Source: Tepidisphaera sp. (lineage in GTDB: Bacteria > Planctomycetota > Phycisphaerae > Phycisphaerales > UBA1924). From it: a stretch of DNA of 64,000 bases. Below the pieces are notes generated by a model. It worked only from the letters and a program-made list of their open reading frames with translations, had not been told where the DNA came from and did not search any database. A program made the position numbers and the translations under genes. Below, one piece after another: positions 1 through 9,619 of this stretch. The stretch's first letter is position 1. Every line of letters begins with the position of its first letter. The stretch spans positions 576,001 to 640,000 of the forward strand of contig CP051526.1 of the NCBI GenBank assembly GCA_050916045.1, in the 5' to 3' direction.

Positions 1-1389
1 GAAGAAATCAAGGAAGCCGTCGCGGTTGAAGTCGACGGGGCACGTTGGTTCGGGGACCGACGGGAGAGCTTCGAACGCGCCGATGTCGATGCGGGCCTGG
101 GAAAGCGGATTCACATCGGTGGTGCCGTGAGCGAGGCGAGGGCGGTTTCCGGCATCAAGCTGGGTGCGGACGGTTCCGAAAGCGGCGCGGACTAGGTCGT
201 TGCCGGCATCGATACAAGCGGAGTCGGGTGCGAGGGTGTAATCCTCCCCGAGCTCGAAATATCCGTCCGGGCCTGGAGCGCCGTTGAACCGGGGCGGGCT
301 TGAGATGTTGCCGGGGCCGGGCCGGAGGGAGTTCGGAGTGTTGCAGTGGCTGAACTCAACGCGGCCGGAGCCGAGTTGGATGTCGGAGTAGTGACCGAGG
401 AGGATCGAATTGGAGACTTTGATGACCAGAGGCCGGGCGAGGGACTGGAAGAAGGTGTAGAGCGGAACTCCGGTGGTGATGGTGCAGTTCTGTACCGTGA
501 TGTTTCCGGGCTTGGGGGTTTGAAGGCCGGCGATGCCGATGTACGTCTCGGTGATGAGGCAGTCCGAGATGATGACGCTTCCGCCCGCGGCGACGCCGTT
601 GGACGACCGGCCGATCCGGCAGTTCCGCACGACCTGACCGTCGACCGCGATGATTCCGTACTGCGTTCCGAAGTAGGTGGAGGGATGGATCGTGAATCCT
701 TCGAGGATCGTCTCGGGTCCCTGGCCACCCGCCATCACGATGCCGTAGGCTCCGCCCGTCGTCACGATGGTGGTGGCGGCGGGGCCTGCTTGCGAGCGGA
801 CGACGAGCTTCTTGTAGCCGAAGTCGAAGTTCCCCACATGGTTTCCCGGCGCGACTTCGATGATCTGTCCATCGATGGCGGCGTTGATCGCGGCTTGGAT
901 GGTCGGGAATTCCGCGGGGACGCGGATGGGGCCGGTGACCTCGACCACCGCGGGGATGAAGATGCCCGACGTCGACACGTCGTTCCAGGTCCCGTCGGCG
1001 TTCATGCAACCGGCATCCTCGTCACCGCCGAAGTCGTTGGGTTCACCGGGACCCCAGTTCGCGTAGTAGGGCGGGTCGCCGGTGACCCAGCGAAAGTCTC
1101 CTTCCCTGCTTTCGTCGGAGAGGCCGATCCAGCAGGGGAAGGTACTGCCACTCGCGGTGACGACGTTGTGACGGATCCAGGTATTGAGCGCCTCGTCCGT
1201 GATGACGGCAAGCCGTGCGCCCATCGCGGTCGCCGCGGCTCGCGAGGTGGCGAGGTCGGCGCGGCCCAGACGGTGGTAGCGTGTGCCCGTCTCGGGGTGA
1301 ACGATCGGGCCGATCACGGGTTGTGCTTGGGCGAGTAAAGCGGGGATTGCCGTGGCAAGCGCGGTGAAGAGCAGGGTGGAGAACTTCAT
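1..1389 (-). CDS. Secreted C-type lectin + beta-helix + GC-type dockerin-like protein (paralog 1; 3' end runs off the window)
   Basis: Absent from the ORF track because it has no stop in the window. Translated by hand: ATG at 1389 gives MKFSTLLFTALATAIPALLAQAQPVIGP...CWIGLSD...NWGPGEPNDFGGDED...WND...VPAEFPTIQAAINAA...IDIGAFE...CPVDFNRDGFLDFF to base 1; collinear with the three neighbours. Confidence 0.9.
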   Translation of the reverse strand, partial: MKFSTLLFTALATAIPALLAQAQPVIGPIVHPETGTRYHRLGRADLATSRAAATAMGARLAVITDEALNTWIRHNVVTASGSTFPCWIGLSDESREGDFRWVTGDPPYYANWGPGEPNDFGGDEDAGCMNADGTWNDVSTSGIFIPAVVEVTGPIRVPAEFPTIQAAINAAIDGQIIEVAPGNHVGNFDFGYKKLVVRSQAGPAATTIVTTGGAYGIVMAGGQGPETILEGFTIHPSTYFGTQYGIIAVDGQVVRNCRIGRSSNGVAAGGSVIISDCLITETYIGIAGLQTPKPGNITVQNCTITTGVPLYTFFQSLARPLVIKVSNSILLGHYSDIQLGSGRVEFSHCNTPNSLRPGPGNISSPPRFNGAPGPDGYFELGEDYTLAPDSACIDAGNDLVRAAFGTVRTQLDAGNRPRLAHGTTDVNPLSQARIDIGAFEALPSVPEPTCPVDFNRDGFLDFF

Positions 1390-1445
1390 GGGACCTCCGT
1401 GGCGAGGGCGGGGGATGGGAGCGGCATGGGGCGGGAGTGGTGGGC

Positions 1446-2852
1446 TTAGCAACCGGTCTCGTACGCCTGGACGAAGGCGTCGTAGTCGAAGAAGTCCAGG
1501 AACTGGTCGGCGTTGAAGTCGGCGGGGCAGGACGGGCGCGGCTGGTTGGATTCGACGGCTCCGATGTCGATCACCGCACCGGGGCCCACGCCCGTGTCGA
1601 TGGCGGGATCGTCGGTGAAGCGCGTCCCGCCGGCGGCGTCGAGGGGTGTGCCGTAGGCGGCGAAGATCCTGCGGGCGGCGTTGCTTCCTGCGTCGATGCA
1701 GGGCGAGCCCGGCGCCGGGGTGTAGTCGTCATCGGGTCCGTAGATGCCGTCGGGGCCCGGGGCACCGATGAAGAGCGGGTTGGCAGAGATGTTCCCTGCG
1801 CCGGGGGACAGGCCGGGGGTGTTGCTGTGGGTCAAGCGCACGGTGGCGAAGGTGTGAGGAAAGATCGTCGAGTCGAGATTGTCGACGAAGATCGTGTTCG
1901 CGATGTCGACGAGGAACCTCGGCGAGGTCGATCCGCTTTCGGGACGAAGCCCGTTGCGATTGCCCGCGATGGTGCAGTTCTGCACAGCGATCTCGACCGT
2001 CGGGCTCAAGCCGCGGGCGACGATTCCGAAGAAGCACCCGGTCACGATCGTGTCGGAAACGACGCCGCGATTGACGACCGTGATGCCGTTCTGGGCACCG
2101 TGGACGATGCAGCTGCGGACAGTCGGTCCGTCCGTCAGAGAGATGAGGTTCGGGACCTGCTGCGAGCCGGGCAGGACCGTGAACCCCTCGAAGGTCATCC
2201 TTCGCTGCGAGCCGCCGTTCATCAGAACGCCCGGCAAGGTCAGGCGAATCGTCGTCGCTCGCGGTCCGTGCGTCGAGCGGACGACGAGGTTTTTGCTCCG
2301 GAAGTCCACCGATCCCGTGTACTCACCGGGTGCGACCTCGACGGTCTGCCCCTCGAAAGCCGCGTCGATCGCGGCTTGGATGGTCGCAAACTCTCCCGGC
2401 ACCCGGAGCGGCCCATCGCACTGGACCACCGCGCGAATCGAAGCCGCGACAGGAACGTCGTTCCAAAGACCCGTCGTGGTGATCATCGTGGCGTCCTCGT
2501 CGCCGATGTTGTTGGGTTCGCCCGCTCGCCAGTTGGTGAAGACGACGCGATCGCCGTTGACCCAGCGGTACACCCCTTCGGATTCCTCATCGTTGAGCCC
2601 GATGTAGCACGGTTCGGGGTTGCCGCCAGCGGCGACGACGTTGGTCGCGATCCAGCTGTTGAACGAAGCATCATGGATGCTGACAAGCTGCCCGCCCATT
2701 GCGGCGGCGGCGGCTCGGACCTCTGGCCAGGTGCCGGCGGCGATGCGGTAGTACCGAGGGCCGTCGATCTGTCGGACAACAGGGCCGACCTCGATCTGGG
2801 CGGAAGCAAGACAGGCAAAGCCGAGAGATGCGGCAAGGGCGAGGAGTTTCAT
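1446..2852 (-). CDS. Secreted C-type lectin + beta-helix + GC-type dockerin-like protein (paralog 2)
   Basis: Signal peptide; CTL motifs YIGLND, W..GEPNN, WND; 'VPGEFATIQAAIDAA' beta-helix cap; PCIDAG...DIGAVE; C-terminus CPADFNADQFLDFFDYDAFVQAYETGC. Confidence 0.9.
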   Translation of the reverse strand: MKLLALAASLGFACLASAQIEVGPVVRQIDGPRYYRIAAGTWPEVRAAAAAMGGQLVSIHDASFNSWIATNVVAAGGNPEPCYIGLNDEESEGVYRWVNGDRVVFTNWRAGEPNNIGDEDATMITTTGLWNDVPVAASIRAVVQCDGPLRVPGEFATIQAAIDAAFEGQTVEVAPGEYTGSVDFRSKNLVVRSTHGPRATTIRLTLPGVLMNGGSQRRMTFEGFTVLPGSQQVPNLISLTDGPTVRSCIVHGAQNGITVVNRGVVSDTIVTGCFFGIVARGLSPTVEIAVQNCTIAGNRNGLRPESGSTSPRFLVDIANTIFVDNLDSTIFPHTFATVRLTHSNTPGLSPGAGNISANPLFIGAPGPDGIYGPDDDYTPAPGSPCIDAGSNAARRIFAAYGTPLDAAGGTRFTDDPAIDTGVGPGAVIDIGAVESNQPRPSCPADFNADQFLDFFDYDAFVQAYETGC

Positions 2853-2885
2853 GGCGTTGCTCCGGTGAAAGGGTGGAAGGAGTGT

Positions 2886-4301
2886 TCAGCAGCCGGTCTC
2901 AAAGGCTTCCACGAAGGCGTCGTAGTCGAAGAAGTCGACGAAGCCGTCGCCGTTGAAGTCGATCGCGCAGACGGGAGCTTGCGGGTTGTGCTCGTAGGCT
3001 CCGAGATCGACGATGCCGGAGACGCCGGCGACGAAGTTGGCCTGTTCGGCGTCGAGGAATCGCTGCTGGCCCGCGGCGTCCAGGGGCAGGTTCACGCTTG
3101 CGGTGGGCCGGCGGGCCTGGACGTGTCCACGGTCGATGCACAGGGAGAGCGGCGAGAGTGAGTAGTCGTCTTCAAGGCCGTAGACGCCGTCGGCTCCCGG
3201 GGCGTTGAGGAACCCTGGAGAAGCGGAGAAGGTGCCGATGCCGGATTCGCGGCTGAACACCGAGTTGCAGTACTCGAGCGTGACTGTTGCGGCGGGGCTT
3301 CGCGAGACGCTCCCGGCCGTGGTGGCGATGATCGAGTTGCGGACGGAGGCGCGGTAGCGGCCCGGGGGGAACGGGTCGGGTGCCTGGATGCCGTGGCCCG
3401 AGCCCGCGATGGTGCAATTCTGGATCATGACGTCCGCGGGGCGGCCCCCAGCGATCACCGAGACCCCGAAGAAGCGGCCGAGGATGAGGCAGTCGGAGAT
3501 GGTCGCGTTGCCGCCCGCGACGATCGCCGTGTCGCCGCCGATGATCCGGCAGTTCCGCACCGTCTGGCCGCCGTTCACGTTCACAAGCTGCCTCGTGCTG
3601 GGCTCGGTCGCCGCGATGGTGAAGCCTTCAAGCACGGTCTCGGGTCCCTGACCGCCCGTCATGACCACACCGAAGAAGATGTCCGTGGAGAGAATCGTGG
3701 TGACTTCGGGCCCCTGCGTCGAGCGAACGACGAGCTTCTTGGAGCCGAAACTGAAGCCGCCCGAGTAGGTGCCAGGGAGCACCTCGATGATCTGACCGTC
3801 GATCGCGGCGTTGACGGCGGCCTGGATTGTCGGATACTCGAGCGGCACCACGATCGGACCCGAGACCTCGATGATCCCAGGGTAGGTGAGGTACGCCGGG
3901 ACGTCGTTCCACACGCCCGAGGCCGGTGACATGACGCCGCCGTCCTCGATGCCGCCGAAGTCGTTGGGTTCGCCAGGTGCCCAGTTCGTGTACGCGAGCG
4001 GATCACCCGACGACCAGACGAAGCTGCCTTCGGTCGCGATGTCGTTGATGCCGATCCAGCACTCGTTCGTGTTGCCGCCCGCCGCCGCGAGGTTGGCCCG
4101 GATCCACTCGTTCTGCTGCTGGCTATGGATGGTGACCAAGGAGCCGCGGAGGTTGGCCGCGATCGTTTCGGCCTGGAACCGCTGGACCCGGTCGGTGCGG
4201 TAGTAGCGTTTGCCGTCCGCGGTGTTCATGACCGGACCGAGGGCGATCTGGCCGAAAGCGAGCGAAGCGGGGATGATGGCGAGAAGGAAAGCGAGCTTCA
4301 T
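2886..4301 (-). CDS. Secreted C-type lectin + beta-helix + GC-type dockerin-like protein (paralog 3)
   Basis: Signal peptide; WIGIND, WAPGEPND, WND; TIQAAVNAA; C-terminus CAIDFNGDGFVDFFDYDAFVEAFETGC. Confidence 0.9.
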   Translation of the reverse strand: MKLAFLLAIIPASLAFGQIALGPVMNTADGKRYYRTDRVQRFQAETIAANLRGSLVTIHSQQQNEWIRANLAAAGGNTNECWIGINDIATEGSFVWSSGDPLAYTNWAPGEPNDFGGIEDGGVMSPASGVWNDVPAYLTYPGIIEVSGPIVVPLEYPTIQAAVNAAIDGQIIEVLPGTYSGGFSFGSKKLVVRSTQGPEVTTILSTDIFFGVVMTGGQGPETVLEGFTIAATEPSTRQLVNVNGGQTVRNCRIIGGDTAIVAGGNATISDCLILGRFFGVSVIAGGRPADVMIQNCTIAGSGHGIQAPDPFPPGRYRASVRNSIIATTAGSVSRSPAATVTLEYCNSVFSRESGIGTFSASPGFLNAPGADGVYGLEDDYSLSPLSLCIDRGHVQARRPTASVNLPLDAAGQQRFLDAEQANFVAGVSGIVDLGAYEHNPQAPVCAIDFNGDGFVDFFDYDAFVEAFETGC

Positions 4302-4331
4302 GGCGTGGCTCCGTCCGGTGATCGATGGTGG

Positions 4332-5777
4332 TTACTCGGTGCAGCCAAGCTCGAACGCTTCAACAAACGCGTCGTAGTCGAAGAAGTCGACGAAGGTGTC
4401 GCCGTTGAAGTCGACGGGGCAGGGGCGCTGGAGCGAGACATACTCGAAAGCCCCGCAGTCGGCGATCGGTCCCGGACCCGAGCCGGTGTTGGCCACCGTG
4501 GGATCCTCCGAGAATCTCGGCAACCCATACCCATCGACCTGGTTTCCGATCGTGAGCATCGGCGCACGCAGCGAGTTGTTCGAAGCGTCGATGCACGGGG
4601 AGCCCGCCAGCGGGGTGTAGTCGTCATTGAGCTCGTAGGTTCCGTTGTCGCCGGGAGCGCTCGAGAACTGCGGGTCCGCGAAGAGGTTCGGCCCGCTCGC
4701 AAGCGGACCCTCCCCGAAGATGTTGCTGAACGCGAAGATGTTCCCGCTCCCCCCTCTGTAGAGCGGTATGCCGTTGCTCGCGGTGACGGAGTTGATTAGT
4801 CGGAGGGTGACCGGGACCGGGTGGAAGAAGTTGTCCGCCGCGACGCCGACCGTGTTGCCCACGATGGTGCAGTTCTGGATCGTCGCGTTCGTGCTGAATC
4901 CTCCAGAAGTCCCGTAGACGCCCACGAAGCTCCCGACAATCAGAGAGTCGCTGAGAACGGTCTTGTCGCGGAGAACGACGGCGATGGCTCCCGGGTTCTG
5001 GAACCGGCAGTTGCGGATCACCTGGCCGTTGAGAGCGCTGAGCAGTTCCTGCGTCGCGCCCGCAACATGCGGAACAACGGTGAAACCTTCCAGGATCGTC
5101 TCGGGCCCCTGACCGCCCGTCATCAGAACGCCGGTCGCGCTCGCGGTCACCCTGATCGTCGTCGACATGGGGCCGGACTCGGACCGGATGTGGAGTTTCT
5201 TGGAGCCGAAGTCGACGTTCCCGACATAGGAGCCGAAAGCGACGAGGATCGTCTGGCCGTCCACTGCGGCGTCGATCGCGGCTTGAATCGTCCGGAACTC
5301 GGACGGAACGCGGATCGGCCCGGTGAATTCGACGACGGCGGGCCGGGGAATTCCGTCGGGAATGTCGTTCCACGTTCCGTCCGACGCCGACATGATGACC
5401 AGGTCTTCCGCGCCGCCCGCGTTGTTCGGCTCGCCAGCAAGCCAGTTCAAGTAGGTCGGCGCGTCGCCTCTGCTCCATCGGAACAAGCCTTCCTGCACGC
5501 GGTCGTTGATCCCGATGAAGCAGGGGACGGTGTTGCCGCCCGCAGCCACCACGTTCTGCCTGATCCACTCGTTGGTCGCGGCGTCATGGATCGTCGCCAG
5601 GTTGCCGCCGACGCTCCGGGCGGAGGAGTCCGCCGATTCCCAACTCCGCGGCGAGTACCGGTAATAGCGCGTACCAGTCTCGGGGTGGGTGATCGGCCCG
5701 ATCATCGGCTGAGCAATGCCCACGGAGCAGACGGCCAGGGCGATCGTGGGCGCAGCGATAGCACGGAGACGGAGCAT
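4332..5777 (-). CDS. Secreted C-type lectin + beta-helix + dockerin-like protein (paralog 4)
   Basis: Start reassigned to ATG 5777 (AAGGAAG upstream; MLRLRAIAAPTIALAVCSVGIA signal peptide); FIGIND, WLAGEPNN, WND; ends CPVDFNGDTFVDFFDYDAFVEAFELGCTE. Confidence 0.88.
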   Translation of the reverse strand: MLRLRAIAAPTIALAVCSVGIAQPMIGPITHPETGTRYYRYSPRSWESADSSARSVGGNLATIHDAATNEWIRQNVVAAGGNTVPCFIGINDRVQEGLFRWSRGDAPTYLNWLAGEPNNAGGAEDLVIMSASDGTWNDIPDGIPRPAVVEFTGPIRVPSEFRTIQAAIDAAVDGQTILVAFGSYVGNVDFGSKKLHIRSESGPMSTTIRVTASATGVLMTGGQGPETILEGFTVVPHVAGATQELLSALNGQVIRNCRFQNPGAIAVVLRDKTVLSDSLIVGSFVGVYGTSGGFSTNATIQNCTIVGNTVGVAADNFFHPVPVTLRLINSVTASNGIPLYRGGSGNIFAFSNIFGEGPLASGPNLFADPQFSSAPGDNGTYELNDDYTPLAGSPCIDASNNSLRAPMLTIGNQVDGYGLPRFSEDPTVANTGSGPGPIADCGAFEYVSLQRPCPVDFNGDTFVDFFDYDAFVEAFELGCTE

Positions 5778-5955
5778 CGGTCTTCCTTTCTGAGAGCGGG
5801 GTTTCTGAGTTGGCTGTGGGCTTGAGGTCGGGCCCCGCCCTTCATGCGTCACCCGCGAGACGGGCTGCCACGAATTCCGCCGGAGTGGTAGTTCAGGCCG
5901 CCTTAATCCAAACAAAATAAGAACACAAGATTTTGGCTTCGGGGTGCGAAATGGC

Positions 5956-5985
5956 TTGACACGACCCGGCTGTTTCTTGTACTCT
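5956..5985 (+). promoter_or_regulatory. Putative sigma70 promoter of the LacI/glycan operon
   Basis: TTGACA (5956-5961), 18-bp spacer, TACTCT (5980-5985) in an AT-richer intergenic region about 90 bp upstream of the LacI gene. Confidence 0.55.
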
Positions 5986-6074
5986 GGAACAAGTCAGTAA
6001 CTGTCTCAGGAACGATACCGGCGTGTATCAGGCTCCCGAGGGCTCGGGTTTTCAGGCTCGGCGTTGAGGTGAAC

Positions 6075-7139
6075 ATGGCATCGGTACGCGGGATCGCAGC
6101 ACAGGTCGGGGTTTCAGTCGCGACTGTTTCACGGGCGCTGAACAACCATCCGCACGTGGATGCGGAGACCCGGCGGAAGGTCGTCGCGGCCGCCGGTCGG
6201 GCGGGCTATACCCCCGGGAACGCGGGGCGGCGGGTGTCGACGGCGATCGGCTTGGTCTATCCGGGCGAGGTGGTGCGGGCGGATTACGGCGGCTTCGACG
6301 CTTCGCTTCTGGCGGGCGTGCTGCGAGGTCTGAACGAGCACAAGTTGGACATCCAGATCGTTTCGGTCGGTCGCGACAAGGGCGCCGACGAGACGTTTGC
6401 CGAGTTCTTCGTCCGCAAGGGCCTCCGCGGGGTCATCCTGCGAAACTTCGAGGAAACCCGTTCGATGACGCGAGCGATCGCGGCGGAGGGGTTCCCGGCG
6501 GTGGTCGTTGCGGACCGTTTCGATGACGAATCTGTCAATTTCGTCTGGTGCGACTCGCGTTCGGACAGCCGTCGCGCGGTCCAGCACCTGATCGACCTCG
6601 GCCACCGTCGGATCGCTCTGGGCGTCCACCGCGTCCCGGATACGGACCACCATGAGCGTCGCGCCGGGTATCGCGAGGCGCTCAAGGAAGCCGGGATCGC
6701 CGAGGATCCGTCGATCATGGTCGACATCTGCGGCGATATGGAGGGTGGAGCCGCGTACATCTCGCGTCTTCTGAGCTTGCCTGTGCCGCCGACGGCGGTG
6801 TACTTCTCGGACCCTCTCGCGACCGTCGGCGCCCTGCGTCGCTGCTTGGAACTCGGCCTGAGCGTGCCGCGGGACCTCTCGATCATCGGGTTTGACGACA
6901 GCGACATCCGCAAGCACACCTTTCCGCAGTATTCCGCGGTGGTTCAGGACGCGGAAATGGTCGGTTTTGAAGCGGCTCGCTGGCTTTCGCGGCGTCTGGC
7001 TCATCCAGAGGATCCGCAGTGGCGAAACCTGCGGATGGAGCGGTCGACGTTTCTCGAAATCAACAAGACGACGGGCCGTCCGCCCGTGGAACCGGTCCGG
7101 GTGCTTCCGGACGGGACGCGTGTGGCGGTCAAGGTGTAA
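6075..7139 (+). CDS. LacI-family transcriptional regulator
   Basis: N-terminal HTH MASVRGIAAQVGVSVATVSRALN; HLIDLGHRRIA, VPRDLSIIGFDD sugar-binding domain motifs. Confidence 0.95.
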   Translation: MASVRGIAAQVGVSVATVSRALNNHPHVDAETRRKVVAAAGRAGYTPGNAGRRVSTAIGLVYPGEVVRADYGGFDASLLAGVLRGLNEHKLDIQIVSVGRDKGADETFAEFFVRKGLRGVILRNFEETRSMTRAIAAEGFPAVVVADRFDDESVNFVWCDSRSDSRRAVQHLIDLGHRRIALGVHRVPDTDHHERRAGYREALKEAGIAEDPSIMVDICGDMEGGAAYISRLLSLPVPPTAVYFSDPLATVGALRRCLELGLSVPRDLSIIGFDDSDIRKHTFPQYSAVVQDAEMVGFEAARWLSRRLAHPEDPQWRNLRMERSTFLEINKTTGRPPVEPVRVLPDGTRVAVKV

Positions 7140-7220
7140 GGGAAGTGGTCTTGGGTCGTGATTCGGAACAGTGAATGTGCCTCGGGTGTGTTTCCCTGCG
7201 GCGAAGAATCTGGAGTGCAC

Positions 7221-8144
7221 ATGGTTCTTGCAAAGTCGAGGTCTCGTTGGACGGGCTTCACGCTGATTGAACTTCTGGTGGTCATCGCGATCATCGCGCT
7301 GCTCATCGGCCTGCTTCTCCCCGCGCTGGGCAAAGCCCGCGATGCGGGTCGTCAGGCGGTGTGCCTTTCGAACGTGAAGCAGATGGGCATGGCGGCGACT
7401 CTGTACGCCGCGGACAACAAGGAACGCGTGTGGATCGCGAAGGTCGACTTCGTCAACGGCCAGCAGGTCTATCGCCCTGATCCCGGCCGCATGTCCGGCC
7501 CGACGGGCAACTACACGGCGTGGGCGCGGCTTCCCGATCCGGCGAACCCCGGCCGCGCGCTGCCGGGTCTCGCGTACCAGTATCTCGATCTTGCGGGCAA
7601 AGCTGGCGAGTGTCCGGCGAACAAGCGTCGCTCGGCGGACGGTCAGGATCGGAGCACCACGAGCCTGACGACCGAGATCGACTTTGACTACACGTTCATG
7701 AGCGTGATGGCCGGGGCCCGCCTGGGCACCGATACCAAGATGGCGTATCTGAAGGATCCGGCGCCGTTCTTCAGCGGGCTGCCGCCCCTGGGAATCACCC
7801 ACGACACCTCGCAGGATCGTCTTCAGATCCTGCAGTCGCCGGTGCTCTTCATCGAGGAGAACACCTGGCTCTTCAATTCGGACGTGCCCGACGGGCTCTT
7901 TGCTTCGTCGGACCAGATCTCGACGCGTCACTCCCAGACGGGCAATCTCGCTTATCTGGACGGCGGCGCGGGCGCGATCAAGCCCCCGCGGGCGGGCGAG
8001 GAGAAAACCGCGGAAGCGGGCGATCTGTACGCGAAGCACTTCTACGCGTGGACGAACCGCGAATGGCTCCGCGTGGAGGGGCCGAGCGAGGGCAATGGCA
8101 GGCCGTTCGGGTGGTTCAACAACCCCACTCGCGGGCCGTTCTGA
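7221..8144 (+). CDS. Prepilin-type N-terminal cleavage/methylation protein with H-X9-DG motif (planctomycete DUF1559-like pilin)
   Basis: [29 protein letters not shown] class III signal, [10 protein letters not shown]-terminal [13 protein letters not shown] (H-X9-DG); GGAG before ATG 7221. Confidence 0.92.
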   Translation: MVLAKSRSRWTGFTLIELLVVIAIIALLIGLLLPALGKARDAGRQAVCLSNVKQMGMAATLYAADNKERVWIAKVDFVNGQQVYRPDPGRMSGPTGNYTAWARLPDPANPGRALPGLAYQYLDLAGKAGECPANKRRSADGQDRSTTSLTTEIDFDYTFMSVMAGARLGTDTKMAYLKDPAPFFSGLPPLGITHDTSQDRLQILQSPVLFIEENTWLFNSDVPDGLFASSDQISTRHSQTGNLAYLDGGAGAIKPPRAGEEKTAEAGDLYAKHFYAWTNREWLRVEGPSEGNGRPFGWFNNPTRGPF

Positions 8145-8234
8145 TCGAGAGGGGTGGGCCAAATGTCGGGTGAAGTCGCGCGGCCTGATGTCCGGCCGTG
8201 CGTGAATTCGGAGTGAATGAAGGAGAATCATCAG

Positions 8235-9515
8235 ATGAAGAGGATCTTTGGAATCGCCCTTGCGGCGACGGGCCTTTTGGCCTCGACGGCGAGCGCTCAG
8301 AACGCGCTCTTGAACGGCGGGTTTGAAGAGAAGTGCACCCCGGCGGCGAGCTGGACGGCCTTCGGCAACGTCACGAACATCAACTTCTACACGACCTCCG
8401 GGGCGCGTTCGATCAAGATGTTCGGGCCCTTCAACGCCCCGCTCGGCTACAGCGGCATCTTCCAGGATCGCCCCGCGTCCCCCGGCCAGGTGTACACGGG
8501 CTCGGCGTTCGTCTTCAGCCCCTGCTGGGACCGCCTGCGGCCCGACGGCACGCGCGCCCTCGTCGATGTGAGCTTCATCGACGCCAACGGCAACGTGATC
8601 AACGACCCGCAGACGAACATCTCGCCGCGCGTCACCGAGTCGACCGCTCCGGGCGGCAACGCCGGGTGTGACCTCGGCTTCTCCGAGCCTCTGGCGGTTC
8701 AGCTGACGACGACCCCCGCGGTCGCGCCGGCCGGCACCGTGGCGGTCCGCATCCAGCTCCTCGTCGAGCAGGAAAACTACATCGGCGGCGCGGCGTGGTG
8801 GGATGACGCTTCGCTCGAGCTTTCGACCAACCCGGGCGTCAACGTGCTCGACAACTCGAGCTTTGAGCAGGCTCCGGCCAACTGCTTCGGCAGCAACTTC
8901 GTGGGCTGGGTCAACTTCGGCAACGGTTCGGACACCCCGGGTGTCAACGCCCGCACGGGCAACGAAGCCGCGAAGCTCTTCGGCGGGTTCAACGGCAACC
9001 CCGCGTTCAGCGGCTGGTTCCAGGACGTCGCGGCGACCCCGGGCAGCTCTTGGATCGCTCGCGGCTGGGGCCGTTCCTGGGTGAACGACTCCCTGCAGCC
9101 GGGCAACAACGTCTTCCTCCAGCTTGAGTTCTACGACGAGTTCGGCAACAACCTGATCGGCGGCGTCGGCCAGAGCGAATCGATCCCGACTCCCGGCGAT
9201 GACACCTACCGGTTCTACGAGACCGGCCTCGCGGTCGCTCCCCCCGATACGGCGAAGGTCCGCCTCGTCATCATCCAGGTCCAGAGCAACTTCGCGGGTG
9301 GCGCGACCTGGTGGGACGACATGGAACTGACCAACGGTTGCGCCGCGGACTTCAACGGCGACAACTTCCTGGACTTCTTCGATTACGATGATTACGTCAA
9401 CTGCTTCGAGACCGGCAACTGCCCCCCGGGCAAGACCGCCGACTTCAACGGTGACGCCTTCGTCGACTTCTTTGACTACGACGACTACGTCGAAGCTTTC
9501 GAGACCGGCTGCTGA
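8235..9515 (+). CDS. Secreted non-catalytic protein: two tandem CBM-like (galactose-binding-domain-like) modules + double dockerin-like GC anchor
   Basis: AGGAG RBS at 8221; signal peptide; two homologous modules (LLNGGFEE...AWWDDASL; LDNSSFEQ...TWWDDMEL); two DFNGD.F.DFFDYDDYV repeats ending ETGC. Confidence 0.8.
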   Translation: MKRIFGIALAATGLLASTASAQNALLNGGFEEKCTPAASWTAFGNVTNINFYTTSGARSIKMFGPFNAPLGYSGIFQDRPASPGQVYTGSAFVFSPCWDRLRPDGTRALVDVSFIDANGNVINDPQTNISPRVTESTAPGGNAGCDLGFSEPLAVQLTTTPAVAPAGTVAVRIQLLVEQENYIGGAAWWDDASLELSTNPGVNVLDNSSFEQAPANCFGSNFVGWVNFGNGSDTPGVNARTGNEAAKLFGGFNGNPAFSGWFQDVAATPGSSWIARGWGRSWVNDSLQPGNNVFLQLEFYDEFGNNLIGGVGQSESIPTPGDDTYRFYETGLAVAPPDTAKVRLVIIQVQSNFAGGATWWDDMELTNGCAADFNGDNFLDFFDYDDYVNCFETGNCPPGKTADFNGDAFVDFFDYDDYVEAFETGC

Positions 9516-9554
9516 ACGCTTGAGCGGCACGCAGGCCGCTTGATGTCAACAACG

Positions 9555-9587
9555 GCGCCCCGGGGATTCGCGTCCCCGGGGCGCTTT
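9555..9587 (+). terminator. GC-rich hairpin (terminator or mRNA-stabilising stem) inside the glycan operon
   Basis: Perfect 12-bp stem GCGCCCCGGGGA/TCCCCGGGGCGC, 6-nt loop, followed by only TTT. Confidence 0.6.
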
Positions 9588-9619
9588 CGCGAAAGTCGCC
9601 GGGCCAAAAGCCCGGTTCA

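Noticed and set aside
1..5777. Diversity-generating retroelement targeting the lectin genes
   Set aside because: No reverse transcriptase or template repeat noticed; paralog divergence is spread throughout rather than adenine-specific.
6129..9530. 1133-aa minus-strand ORF, and similar long ORFs at 1437-3161, 11556-14258, 16593-18809, 26701-28569, 28754-31474, 53760-56348, 57525-60698 and 61631-63199
   Set aside because: Antisense shadows of well-supported genes in high-GC DNA; no recognisable motifs.
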